Shown here in pieces: positions 1 through 9,191 of a stretch of DNA of 64,000 bases. Source of the DNA: Acidobacteriota bacterium (GTDB lineage Bacteria > Acidobacteriota > Thermoanaerobaculia > Multivoradales > UBA5704). The notes beneath the pieces were generated by a model. That model saw only the letters and a program-made list of their open reading frames with translations, was not told where the DNA came from and searched no databases. Location of the stretch: NCBI GenBank assembly GCA_040005235.1, contig JBDTZG010000018.1, forward strand, positions 32,777-96,776, in the 5' to 3' direction. The position numbers were made by a program, and so were the translations under genes. How positions within the stretch are numbered: the stretch's first letter is position 1; each line of letters opens with the position of its first letter.

Positions 1-948
1 GCGTTTCCCGATGTCATCTACGAGCTGAAACCGAACGTCTCGGGGACTTTCCGGGGGAAGAGCCTGCGCACCAATGCTCAGGGGTTGCGGGGGTCTCGCG
101 ATTACTCGACGCTCAAACCTGCGGGCACGTTCCGGATCGCCGGGATCGGCGATTCCGTGATGTTCGGCTGGGGCGTGGGGGAGGGCGAGCCTTACCTGGA
201 GATCGTCGAGCGGGAGCTGGCGGCCCGGGGCCGCCCGGCGGATGTCTTGAGCTTCGCGGTTCCGGGGTACAACACGTCGCTCGAAGTGGCGGCGTTCGAG
301 CACCGTGCGCTGCCGTTTTCGCCGGACCTGGTCATTCTCCATTTCATCGGCAACGACTTCGGCCTGCCGCACTTTCTGCGCCGGCGGGATGCTCCTCTCG
401 CGCGCGGCGCCGCCCCTTCCCGGTGGCTGCTGTGGGAGCTGCTCAAAGCTCGCTTCACACCCCCTTCGCCCGACGATGAGGTCGATCCCGACCTGATCGG
501 CCACGACACGACCGGCGGCGCGCCGGGGGAGCGGTACGAGGCGCGCAAGCAGTACGAGGGGATCGTCGGCGAGGCGGCGTTCGTCAAAGCGCTCGCTCAC
601 CTGCGCGAGCTGACCGCCCCGCGTGGCATTCCGGTGATCGTGATGGCGTTAGGCGGCGACGACGGGCGCGGCAAGCTGGCGCGCGAGACGGCGGAGAAGA
701 ACGGGTTTACGTTTTTGAACGCGGCGGGACATTTTTACGACTATCTGGTAGCCCATGACCTCCAGCACGACCGGAAGAACTGGGTCACCGTGTTTCGCAT
801 CCCGCATGACGGCCACCCGAACGCGCTCGGCCATCGGCTCTACGCGGAAGTGCTGCTCGAAGAGCTGGCGCGGCGGGGAGTCGTAAGCTCGGCGTCATCC
901 CCACCAGTCTCCTCCGGATCGGCCCCGCCGAAAGGAAACACCCCTTGA
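1..948 (+). CDS. SGNH/GDSL hydrolase family protein (5'-partial, frame open from the window start)
   Basis: GDS nucleophile motif (AGIGDSV), GYN block II, GND block III and DGHPN catalytic motif. Confidence 0.8.
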   Translation, partial: AFPDVIYELKPNVSGTFRGKSLRTNAQGLRGSRDYSTLKPAGTFRIAGIGDSVMFGWGVGEGEPYLEIVERELAARGRPADVLSFAVPGYNTSLEVAAFEHRALPFSPDLVILHFIGNDFGLPHFLRRRDAPLARGAAPSRWLLWELLKARFTPPSPDDEVDPDLIGHDTTGGAPGERYEARKQYEGIVGEAAFVKALAHLRELTAPRGIPVIVMALGGDDGRGKLARETAEKNGFTFLNAAGHFYDYLVAHDLQHDRKNWVTVFRIPHDGHPNALGHRLYAEVLLEELARRGVVSSASSPPVSSGSAPPKGNTP

Positions 949-1472
949 GTCGAGCCGAGCGCCTCCGTCTGCTGTTCGCGGTCCTGTTGGTCGTCTTGGC
1001 GCTCGATCAAGCGACGAAGGTGCTGGCTCGGATGCATCTGGCGCAGAGCCCGGGGCGGAGCTATCTCGGGGGAGTGGCCCGGCTCGAATACGCCGAGAAC
1101 CGCGGCGCTTTCTTGAGCCTGGGGGCGAACCTCCCCTCGGGCTGGCGCGAGGGGTTGCTCACGGGGCTCAACGTCCTCTTGGTTGTCGGCCTCACGTTCT
1201 ACCTGATCCGCGGCAAAGACCTAACCCGCTGGCCGACGCTCGCTCTCGCGTTGTTGATCTCCGGCGGGCTCGGCAACCTGATCGACCGGGTGATTCGCGG
1301 CGGCGCGGTGGTCGATTTCATGATTCTAGGGATCGGACCGGTGCGAACGGGCGTGTTCAACGTTGCGGATCTTTGCCTGACCACCGGGGCGATTCTGTTC
1401 GCCTTCACCGGTGCCACCTCGGGGCGGCCGGAAGAGCCGGAGCCGGACGCCGAGGGGTCTGAGGCCGAGTGA
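945..1472 (+). CDS. lspA: Lipoprotein signal peptidase II
   Basis: DQATK, N-x-GAF, GNLIDR, VVDF and FNVAD motifs; several hydrophobic segments. Confidence 0.93.
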   Translation: MSRAERLRLLFAVLLVVLALDQATKVLARMHLAQSPGRSYLGGVARLEYAENRGAFLSLGANLPSGWREGLLTGLNVLLVVGLTFYLIRGKDLTRWPTLALALLISGGLGNLIDRVIRGGAVVDFMILGIGPVRTGVFNVADLCLTTGAILFAFTGATSGRPEEPEPDAEGSEAE

Positions 1473-1479
1473 GCATCCG

Positions 1480-2412
1480 GTGAGCAACGATCGCCGGAAG
1501 CCCCCGAAGGACCCGGTCGACTCCAAGGGCGACGGGGAGTTGGCGCCGCTCGCTCCGGTCCTTGGAGCCGCCTGGCGTTTTCGCCCGAAAAGCCCTTCCC
1601 CCGTAGATCCGGGGATCGCGGACCCTCCAGCAGACGAGGAGCGGCGCGCTGCCGTGGGGGAATTTCTCGGCGATCTGGCGCACACGCTCGCCGCCCGCGG
1701 CGAAGCGGAGGTCGGGGCGCTGCTCGACCGGTCCGAGCACGAGCGACGCCAGGCGCTGCGCGACCGGCCCGAGCTGGGCACTCAGGAGATTGCGGCCTAT
1801 CTGCTGGTCCGCTGCCGCGCGGACTGGCTGGACGAACCGGACGGGGCGGTCGATACGGCGCGGCTGGCCATCCGGCTCCTTTCGGACGAGGTTCGAAATA
1901 CTGATCTGACGCCGAACGAACGCGCGGCCCTCCTCGCGTTTTCGTGCGATCACCTGGCCGCGGCGGAACGGATCGCCCTTCGGGCTGACGAGTTGCGGCG
2001 TCGGCGCGGGCCTCGGCCTCAGCGACCGGAGGTACCCGAGGGCGATACCTATCCAATGGGTACCTCTGCTTCTTCCCCCCTTTCGGAAGTGGCCGAGGAT
2101 GCCCTGGCGGTGGAGGTGGAAGCGGCGCTCGACGATCTGCGCGACGCGAGCCTGGATCGCGGGCGGCCGTACGAGGCGGCGCTCGTGGTTCTGGATCGGG
2201 CGCGGTTGGCTCTCGACCGAGGCGGCGCGGAGGGCCTGGAGGAAATCGCCCAGGCCGAGGCGGAGCGCTTTCTCGATCCTCACTTTTCGCCGGTCCCGCG
2301 CGAAGCACTTCGCAGGCTGGCCTTTGAGGCCGGGCGCGGCACCGCCGATCTGGATCTTCTGTTCGATCTGACGGGGATCCTGATCGCCGCACAAGCCGGG
2401 TTTTTGAGGTGA
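1480..2412 (+). CDS. Hypothetical alpha-helical (TPR-like, degenerate) protein; start uncertain
   Basis: Fills the gap between lspA and nadE with host-like codon usage; Ala/Leu/Arg/Glu-rich helices. Confidence 0.5.
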   Translation: MSNDRRKPPKDPVDSKGDGELAPLAPVLGAAWRFRPKSPSPVDPGIADPPADEERRAAVGEFLGDLAHTLAARGEAEVGALLDRSEHERRQALRDRPELGTQEIAAYLLVRCRADWLDEPDGAVDTARLAIRLLSDEVRNTDLTPNERAALLAFSCDHLAAAERIALRADELRRRRGPRPQRPEVPEGDTYPMGTSASSPLSEVAEDALAVEVEAALDDLRDASLDRGRPYEAALVVLDRARLALDRGGAEGLEEIAQAEAERFLDPHFSPVPREALRRLAFEAGRGTADLDLLFDLTGILIAAQAGFLR

Positions 2413-2488
2413 ATCCGACTGCTATGCTTCGTGAGACCGCTCGGCGCGCCCGCCGATCCGCTCGCCGGCCGACCTTCAAGGAACCTCC

Positions 2489-4444
2489 ATGCGCCTGATC
2501 AAGATCGCCATCGCCAGCCTCGACGCGACCGTCGGGGCGGTGCGCTCGAATACCGACCGGATGCTTCGGATGGCGCGCGAAATGGCGGCCGAGGACGTGA
2601 CGCTCGGCGCGTTCACCGAGCAATCGATCGGCGGCTATCCGGCCGAGGATCTCGTGCAGTGGCGGGCGTTCCTGGCTGCGCAGCGGACCGAGCTGGAGCG
2701 CTTCGCGCGCGAGACCTGCGACTTGAAGACGGTGTTCGCGGTGGGGCTCGCGGTGCCGGTCGGCGGGCAGATCTTCAATTGCGCCGCGGCCGTTCACGGC
2801 GGTTCGATCCTCGGCTTCGTGCCGAAAGAGAAGCTGCCCACCTACAACGTCTTTTACGAGGCGCGGACGCTCTCCCAAGGGGCGCGCGGCCTGGCGCTCG
2901 ACGCGGGGGGCGTGCCGCTCGGCGACTATCTGTTCGATTTCGATTTCGGCACCGTGGCGCTCGAAGTCTGCGAGGACGCCTGGTCGCCGGACGGTCCGAT
3001 GCGCCGGCGCTGCTATTCGGGAGCCGAGCTGGTGGTCAACCTTTCGGCTTCGCCGTTCCGGCTCGGCTTCGTCGGCACCCGCCGCGAGATGCTCGCCACC
3101 CGCTCGGCCGACAACGAGGCGACGTTGGTCTACGCCAACGCGGTCGGCGCGCAGGACGGTTTGATCTTCGACGGCGGCGGTTTCGTGTTCCAGAACGGCC
3201 GGCGGGCGCTCGACCTCGAACGCTTCCGCGAGGGGTGGAAGTCCTGTGTGATCGACCTCGATCGGACCCGCCGCATCCGCCAGGAGAACACCACCTGGCG
3301 GGTCGATTGCGAGGATTTTCAACGCGCTCAGCCGCGCGTTCCGACGATCGACCGCCGTGGCCAGCCGACCGCCGATCGCTCGAAGCTCGCCTATCCCGCT
3401 CCTTCCGGCGGCAGCTTCTTCCTTCCGGCCCCTTCCGATCCTTCCGCTCCGCCCGAGCCCACGGCGCGCGAGGAGGTGCTCGATGAGCTGTTCGAGGCGC
3501 TCGCGCTCGGCGTCCGCGACTATTGGGTAAAGACCGGCGCCTTCAAAGGTTTGGGCATTGCTCTCTCCGGCGGGCGCGACTCGGTGCTGACGATCCTGGT
3601 CGCTTGGCGGGCGGCGCAGCTCGCGGCTCCCGGGCTCTCCGAGGACGCCCTCCGCGCCCGGGTCGGCGAAACCGTGCAGGCGTTCTACATGCCGACCCGC
3701 TACTCGGCCGAGACCACCCAAGGTGCCGCGGCGAAGCTCGCCCACGAGCTGGGGATTCCGCTGCGCACGGTGGCGATCGAAGAGGCGTTCGATCGCGAGG
3801 TGGAAGCGACCCGCGCGATGCTTGGGCTGGGCGACCCAGGCGTCTCCGATGCCGCCGCGGAGCCGAGCGAGATCACCAAGCAGAATGTCCAGGCCAGGCT
3901 GCGCGCCGGGCGGATGTGGAACTGGGCGAACACCTCCGGCTACCTGTTTCTTCAGACCGGCGACATGAGCGAGAAGGCGGTCGGCTATACGACCATCGGC
4001 GGCGATCTCGAAGGGGCGCTCTCGGTGATCGCCAACGTGCCGAAAACGGTGGTGGTGGCGCTGCTCGAACGGCTCCACGCCCGGTTCGGCTTCGAGGGGG
4101 TCGCGATGACGCTCGCTACCGAGCCCGGGCCGGAGCTGGCCGCGGCGCAGACTGCCGAGAGCGAGCTGATGCCGTTTCCGGTGCTCGATGCCTGCCTGCA
4201 CCTCTACGCGGGCGAAAAGCTCGCCCCCGACGAGGTGGCCGCCGCCCTTCCTTCGCTCTTCCCCGACATCCCGCAGGAGCGCCTCGCCGCCTGGGCGAAT
4301 CGGTTCGCGACGCTATTTACCCGTTCGATCTACAAATGGGTCCAGGCGCCGCTCGCCCTCCACGTCGGCTCGCTCGACCTAGACCGCGAACGGGCGCTCC
4401 AGCTCCCCGTGGTCCAGCGGAACGAGTGGAGCGGCAAGGGGTAA
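2489..4444 (+). CDS. nadE: Glutamine-dependent NAD+ synthetase
   Basis: N-terminal nitrilase-fold domain with E-K-C triad (FTEQ, PKEKLP, VCED); synthetase domain with SGGRDS, NVQARLR and TGDMSE...GYTTIGGD. Confidence 0.93.
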   Translation: MRLIKIAIASLDATVGAVRSNTDRMLRMAREMAAEDVTLGAFTEQSIGGYPAEDLVQWRAFLAAQRTELERFARETCDLKTVFAVGLAVPVGGQIFNCAAAVHGGSILGFVPKEKLPTYNVFYEARTLSQGARGLALDAGGVPLGDYLFDFDFGTVALEVCEDAWSPDGPMRRRCYSGAELVVNLSASPFRLGFVGTRREMLATRSADNEATLVYANAVGAQDGLIFDGGGFVFQNGRRALDLERFREGWKSCVIDLDRTRRIRQENTTWRVDCEDFQRAQPRVPTIDRRGQPTADRSKLAYPAPSGGSFFLPAPSDPSAPPEPTAREEVLDELFEALALGVRDYWVKTGAFKGLGIALSGGRDSVLTILVAWRAAQLAAPGLSEDALRARVGETVQAFYMPTRYSAETTQGAAAKLAHELGIPLRTVAIEEAFDREVEATRAMLGLGDPGVSDAAAEPSEITKQNVQARLRAGRMWNWANTSGYLFLQTGDMSEKAVGYTTIGGDLEGALSVIANVPKTVVVALLERLHARFGFEGVAMTLATEPGPELAAAQTAESELMPFPVLDACLHLYAGEKLAPDEVAAALPSLFPDIPQERLAAWANRFATLFTRSIYKWVQAPLALHVGSLDLDRERALQLPVVQRNEWSGKG

Positions 4445-4549
4445 ATCGGGCGATTTGAAGATTCTTTGCCCGAAGTATCGGGATGAACGAGGCCAATTAC
4501 GTCTTCTCTGTTCCGTGAGCACTTTTGCTCCCGGAAATGGAGATGACCG

Positions 4550-5095
4550 ATGGAACTTGAAACCCGCTTCGTCCCTCACCCCGCCAACGCACCCCTTGCG
4601 CCGCCGCTCTCCCCGCCTCTTCCTCCGCCACCACCCCCTCTGCCGCCCCGGCCGCTTTCCGCGGTCGATCGCCTTGTGCTCGCGATCCACGAGGCCACCC
4701 GGCCGCAGGGTCCCGGCGCGCGGATCGATCCGCACGGCATCGGCGACCGCCTGCGCCGCGCCTCGGTCGGTGCGGCCGATCTGCTCTCCCGCCTCGATCC
4801 CGACCACCCGGAGGGGAGGCCGCGGACGGTTCGCCTGGGGGAGCTGGCCGAGGCGCGCAGCCGCCTGGCGGAGGTCGCCTATTACGTCGATCTCGGCGAG
4901 CGGCTGGGTCTGCTCGACGCCTGCGAGGCATTGAATCTGTTCGAGATGGGCCTCGCCGCGAGCGTAGATCTCGCCGGCCGGCTCGACCGGTTGATCTATG
5001 CGAGGGGCGACGGTAGGCCCGGTGAGGCGTTTGATCCGGCGGTGACGATGAGGATCGAAATTCCGGTTGCCGTGCGGGAGGCGAAACCATGTTGA
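4550..5095 (+). CDS. Four-helix-bundle (IVS-protein-like) protein with a polyproline N-terminus
   Basis: GDRLRRAS and ARSRLAEVAYYVDLGERLGLL resemble four-helix-bundle family motifs; GGAG RBS upstream. Confidence 0.5.
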   Translation: MELETRFVPHPANAPLAPPLSPPLPPPPPPLPPRPLSAVDRLVLAIHEATRPQGPGARIDPHGIGDRLRRASVGAADLLSRLDPDHPEGRPRTVRLGELAEARSRLAEVAYYVDLGERLGLLDACEALNLFEMGLAASVDLAGRLDRLIYARGDGRPGEAFDPAVTMRIEIPVAVREAKPC

Positions 5096-5127
5096 CAGAT
5101 TTCTGCATTGTGTCAGAAGATCTCTGC

Positions 5128-5367
5128 ATGAGAACGACTCTGGACTTCGAAGACAACCTCTTCCGCGAAGCCAAGGCCCGCGCCGCCGAGCTGGGCGAGC
5201 CCCTTACCCGTCTGCTGGAGCGCTCGCTCCGGCTCTATCTGCACGGTGGCCAGCCGGCGGAGGCGACCTTCCGCTTCGCCCCGCTGATCAAAAGCGGCCG
5301 CAGCGCTCCGGGAGTTGACTGGGACGACCGAGACGCGCTGTTCGAGAGGATGGAGGAGCGCGGATGA
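5128..5367 (+). CDS. vapB: VapB-type ribbon-helix-helix antitoxin
   Basis: MRTTLDFEDNLFREAKARAA N-terminus; ATGA overlap with a PIN toxin. Confidence 0.85.
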   Translation: MRTTLDFEDNLFREAKARAAELGEPLTRLLERSLRLYLHGGQPAEATFRFAPLIKSGRSAPGVDWDDRDALFERMEERG

Positions 5368-5798
5368 TCGCGGTGGATACCAACATCCTGGTCTACGCCC
5401 ACCGTGCCGAGCTGCCGAAACATTTGGCGGCCCTCGCTCAACTGACGGCGCTCGCCGAGTCGCCGGAGGTTTGGGCGATCCCGGTCTTCTGCCTGGGCGA
5501 GTTCGTGCGGGTGATCACCCATCCGAAGCTGTTCAATCCGCCCCACTCGCCGAGCGAAGCGGTAGGCGCGATCGAACGGCTGACCGCGTCGCCGTCGCTC
5601 CGCATCCTGAATCCCGGACCGCGTTTTCCGGCGCTGTTCGGCGAGGCGATCCGCGCGGCCGAGGCAAAAGGGAACCTGGTCTACGACGCCCAAATCGTCG
5701 CGGTCTGCCGCGAGGTCGGAGCACGAAAGCTGCTGACCGAGGATCGGGATTTCGATCGGTTTCCAGGCTTTGCCACTGTGCGCCTCGCGCCGACTTGA
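5364..5798 (+). CDS. vapC: VapC PIN-domain toxin
   Basis: IAVDTNILVYAH, EF.RVITH, GNLVYDAQI and TEDRDF acidic PIN residues are intact. Confidence 0.9.
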   Translation: MIAVDTNILVYAHRAELPKHLAALAQLTALAESPEVWAIPVFCLGEFVRVITHPKLFNPPHSPSEAVGAIERLTASPSLRILNPGPRFPALFGEAIRAAEAKGNLVYDAQIVAVCREVGARKLLTEDRDFDRFPGFATVRLAPT

Positions 5799-5946
5799 GC
5801 GGAATACGCACGTCTCGCTTTTCTTGTCCCGGGCACTCTCAAGGTTCAGAGGGATGCGCGCTTAGCTCTTTGCGCATCAGGTGACCGCTCGCGCGTGGCG
5901 GGCGGTCCCTTCCCCTCCCCAACCTTCAATCCCTAGGGAGATTGCC

Positions 5947-6408
5947 ATGAAGAGTCCGCTTCGCACCGCCGTCGCCGCCCTTGCCCTTCTCGGTGCCGCT
6001 TCGATCGCCGAGGCCAAATGGGTCCCGGTTCACAGCGTATGGTCGGACAATTCGCCGTTGGCCGTACGGGACGGCGCCACCGGCGTTTGGTCTACGCCGA
6101 CCCTCGGCTATTCCTCCTCCAACTGGCAGGAAGGGACGCCGCAAGCGTTCTCCCACGCCGTGGCGTTGAGCGGCGACCACCTGTACGAGTTCCGCCTGGT
6201 GACCGTTTCGACCTCGACCAACGACCAGATCGACAAGCTCTGGGACGTCTACAAGGACGGCGTTCTCGCCTGCAATGATTGCGTCGGCCGCGTCTATGGT
6301 TTGAGCGGAGCGATCGGCGACTACTTCAAAATCTACGTCGGAACCCCGACCGGCTACGCCGAGCTCTGGCACTTCTCGGGCTACATTACGAACCGGTTCG
6401 ACTACTGA
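5947..6408 (+). CDS. Secreted hypothetical protein
   Basis: GGAG RBS; Sec signal peptide ending AEA; beta-rich mature part with CNDC. Confidence 0.75.
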   Translation: MKSPLRTAVAALALLGAASIAEAKWVPVHSVWSDNSPLAVRDGATGVWSTPTLGYSSSNWQEGTPQAFSHAVALSGDHLYEFRLVTVSTSTNDQIDKLWDVYKDGVLACNDCVGRVYGLSGAIGDYFKIYVGTPTGYAELWHFSGYITNRFDY

Positions 6409-6421
6409 TCCTCGACGGAGC

Positions 6422-6455
6422 GGGGTAGAGGGCGCATCGAAGCGCCCTCTACCCC
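6422..6455. terminator. GC-rich hairpin (terminator or GTAG REP-like palindrome)
   Basis: GGGGTAGAGGGCGC-atcgaa-GCGCCCTCTACCCC, a perfect 14-bp stem just after the stop codon. Confidence 0.6.
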
Positions 6456-6583
6456 CGCCCGCCTCACCGCTGCCAGGCGTACGACACCTTGAAGAACACC
6501 GATCGCCCCGTGGCGGCGAGGTTGCCGTTTTCGATCGGTTCGGAATGCGTAGAGGAGGGAACTTTTGTTTTCGGTGGGGCAGC

Positions 6584-7591
6584 TTACCAATTCGGCTCGG
6601 GTAGGCAGTAGCGCGGGATTACCTTTGCGCCGATCGAACGAATCGTGCCGGCCAGGGTGGATTCAACTCCTGCACCGAAGATCCACCCCTCTTCTTGAGC
6701 AAGGACTCTTTCATTAGGGTTAGGAATGTTCGGCACAAAGAGACTGGCGATCTGGTCCTGCTGATCGAGCTGCCGGAAGGCTTCAACCAGAGCGAATACC
6801 TGAGCTTCATCCCGGCACGCGAAGCAGGTCGGGTCTGGTATCGGACCCAGAATTCCGGGCCAGATTTCCACGTGGAGAATGTAAGGGCCGGGAGCAGATG
6901 CTGCGGGCGAAGCGAAGCCTGTCTGAAACGGCCAGACCTGACTGTGCTCGGCGAACTTCTCGACAAGCGAATGCACGACGGGAATTCCAAGCAACGCCTG
7001 GCTTCCAACGGATCCTGAGGTGAATAGTTTCCACGCCGACTGAATGGTCGGGTTTCCGTCCTTTTGGAGTTGGATCTCGGTTCGGCGGTACTCTCCGAAT
7101 CTTTGGCTTTCGGGCAGCGCCTTGAAATCGGGCTTAGTAGGAAGGAGGGAGGCACATTTCTTATCGTCTGGGCAGGACCAGAAGGGGCCTATGAACGAAG
7201 GAACGCCGATTTTTTCGTTGAGGTGAGCGGCGGCCCGAAATCGATTGTTCGCATTGGCGATGCCATTCTCATCGTCACGGATGACAGAGGCAATTTCCCT
7301 CCAGACCTGCTGCCAAGCGTCTCGACCTTCGTCGAGTCCCAGCCATGTGGCGAATCCTCTCGGGTACGAATACGCGAAGTCGAAACCGACGAGAACCCGA
7401 AGTTTCTGGCTCACCGCGTCGGCGAGAAGGCTCTCCGCAAATTCTCGCGCCTTCGTTCGGGTTGAAAGATTGGCGGTTTGCGGTGGGCCCCCATCGGATC
7501 GTCCCCAGGCAATCCAGATGCTGTCTCTTCCTGTTTTAGGGGTGGAGCTCGCACTCCAATCGACCATCAGATAGCCATCGAAAATCGACAT
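6584..7591 (-). CDS. Hypothetical protein, DUF429-like/RNase H-like fold
   Basis: N-terminal VDWS, GFDFAYSYP, GSVGSQ, VWPF, VEIWP and EEGWI motifs; GGAGGG RBS; lower GC than the flanks. Confidence 0.6.
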   Translation of the reverse strand: MSIFDGYLMVDWSASSTPKTGRDSIWIAWGRSDGGPPQTANLSTRTKAREFAESLLADAVSQKLRVLVGFDFAYSYPRGFATWLGLDEGRDAWQQVWREIASVIRDDENGIANANNRFRAAAHLNEKIGVPSFIGPFWSCPDDKKCASLLPTKPDFKALPESQRFGEYRRTEIQLQKDGNPTIQSAWKLFTSGSVGSQALLGIPVVHSLVEKFAEHSQVWPFQTGFASPAASAPGPYILHVEIWPGILGPIPDPTCFACRDEAQVFALVEAFRQLDQQDQIASLFVPNIPNPNERVLAQEEGWIFGAGVESTLAGTIRSIGAKVIPRYCLPEPNW

Positions 7592-7678
7592 AACGCCCTC
7601 CCTGTGAGTCAACAAATATGCAATGTTTCGGCCGAAGCTGTCATACAGTTGCGGTGGTCTGAGTGAGGATCTCACGAA

Positions 7679-7873
7679 ATGAGCAAGAAACGCGTCAAGA
7701 CCGATACGGCGTTGAGACAAACGCCTCCGAAGAAAGCTTCCTCGGCCTTCGAGAGGCTCCAAGTTTTCGCTGGGATTGTGGATAGCGGCGGTCTCCAGCT
7801 TTCGACGGAAGCCGGGAAGCGCTTCCGCGAGATCTTGCGAAGGAAGTCAGCGGAAGAGTCCAAACGGGTCTAG
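7679..7873 (+). CDS. Small hypothetical protein (64 aa)
   Basis: GAGGA RBS upstream of the ATG; ends just before the DUF427 gene. Confidence 0.35.
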   Translation: MSKKRVKTDTALRQTPPKKASSAFERLQVFAGIVDSGGLQLSTEAGKRFREILRRKSAEESKRV

Positions 7874-7893
7874 ACATCGCGGAGAAGCAACCC

Positions 7894-8175
7894 ATGGCAC
7901 GAGCAACCTGGAAAGGCGCCACGATCGCGGAGAGCGATACGTTCGAGATCGTAGAAGGTAACGTCTATTTTCCGCCCGACGCGGTGAAGGAGCGGCTTGC
8001 ATCGAGCAGCACAACGACGGTCTGCGGCTGCAAGGGTACGGCGAACTACTACAATGTGGTGGTCGACGGCGAGGAGAACTGCGATGCCGCTTGGTACTAC
8101 GCCGATCCGAAGCCGGAGGCGGCGAACATTCGTGGCTTTGTCGCGTTCTGGCGCGGCGTGACCGTCGAGCGGTAA
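7894..8175 (+). CDS. DUF427 domain protein
   Basis: IAESD...VEGNVYFPP, C.CKGTANYY, AAWYY.DP and FVAFW.GV motifs. Confidence 0.9.
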   Translation: MARATWKGATIAESDTFEIVEGNVYFPPDAVKERLASSSTTTVCGCKGTANYYNVVVDGEENCDAAWYYADPKPEAANIRGFVAFWRGVTVER

Positions 8176-8236
8176 GCCCGCCGATCGGGGGAAACCTCGG
8201 GAAACTCTTCGGCAAAGTCCACAGCAGGAGGTTCAA

Positions 8237-9118
8237 ATGGAAGACCTGAAATCGAAGCCGCTCGGCTCCGTCTCGAACGATGACCTGATCGAAACTCGAC
8301 GCACCCTCCATTGGGCGATGGCCGCCGCCTCGGCGCCGGGCAAGCAGCTGATCCCGGCACGGCCGGATGCTGCGGAGCAGAGCCTCGTCTGGGACAGTGG
8401 GCGCTCGGCGTTCCTTCAAGGCCAGATCGCCGGGATTCATGAAACCTTCCGCTCCGCCCTGGTGGTGGACCCGCCCGCGCTTGCCCTGTTCGACAAGGCC
8501 GGCGACGAGATCGCCTCGCATCCCCTGGCCGGGCAGACTCTCGACGAGGTGTACGCCTGGCTGACGGTCGAGGTCGAGACCCGGATCGAGCATCCGCTGG
8601 GAAAGCCGCTCGAACGCCCCCTCCCGAACCAGCCGGAAGAGACCGAGATGCCCGACGCCGGCGTGGCGCACGGCGCGCCGTTCCAGTTCAATCTCGGCGG
8701 GCCGGCCGAGCTGGCGCGCTGGTTCGCATTCGGCGCGGGTCGGTTCGAAGAGATCTTGGCGAACGACCCTCAGGCGGGGGAGATTCTGCTCTGGCCCCAC
8801 CATTTCGATCTCGCGACTCTGATCACCCTCGCTGGAGAGGGCGAGAACGCCAGCACCGTGGGCGTCGGCCTGTCGCCGGGCGATTCCACTCGGCCGCTGC
8901 CCTATTTCTACGTTAACGCCTGGCCGACCCCGAAGGAACCGGCGTTGCCTGCACTCCCTTCGGGCGGCGTCTGGAACACCGAAGGGTGGTTTGGCGCCGT
9001 GCTCGAAGGCGCGCCGCTCCTCGCGCTGGGGACGGCGGAAGAGCAAGCCGCCGCAGCGCGGGACTTCCTGGCAGTGGCTCTCGAAGCTTGCCGGAGGTTC
9101 GTGCGCGAGGCCTCCTGA
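8237..9118 (+). CDS. Hypothetical protein (DUF5996-like)
   Basis: R.TLH.A, WPHHFDLA, G.SPGD, PYFYV and W.TEGW.GA motifs; strong AGGAGG RBS. Confidence 0.65.
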   Translation: MEDLKSKPLGSVSNDDLIETRRTLHWAMAAASAPGKQLIPARPDAAEQSLVWDSGRSAFLQGQIAGIHETFRSALVVDPPALALFDKAGDEIASHPLAGQTLDEVYAWLTVEVETRIEHPLGKPLERPLPNQPEETEMPDAGVAHGAPFQFNLGGPAELARWFAFGAGRFEEILANDPQAGEILLWPHHFDLATLITLAGEGENASTVGVGLSPGDSTRPLPYFYVNAWPTPKEPALPALPSGGVWNTEGWFGAVLEGAPLLALGTAEEQAAAARDFLAVALEACRRFVREAS

Positions 9119-9122
9119 AAAA

Positions 9123-9162
9123 GAAAACCGCCCGCCGCGAAGACTCCCACGGCGGGCGTTTC
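9123..9162. terminator. Probable bidirectional intrinsic terminator
   Basis: AAAAC-CGCCCGCCG...CGGCGGGCG-TTT hairpin between convergent genes. Confidence 0.7.
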
Positions 9163-9191
9163 AATTTCGCAAACCGGCCGTTTCGTGCCCC

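Noticed and set aside
1199-4201. 1000-aa minus-strand ORF and other long shadow ORFs (24349..26802, 33824..36376, 47214..49559, 57368..59167)
   Set aside because: Antisense or alternate-frame shadows of well-supported genes, as expected in high-GC DNA; no motifs.
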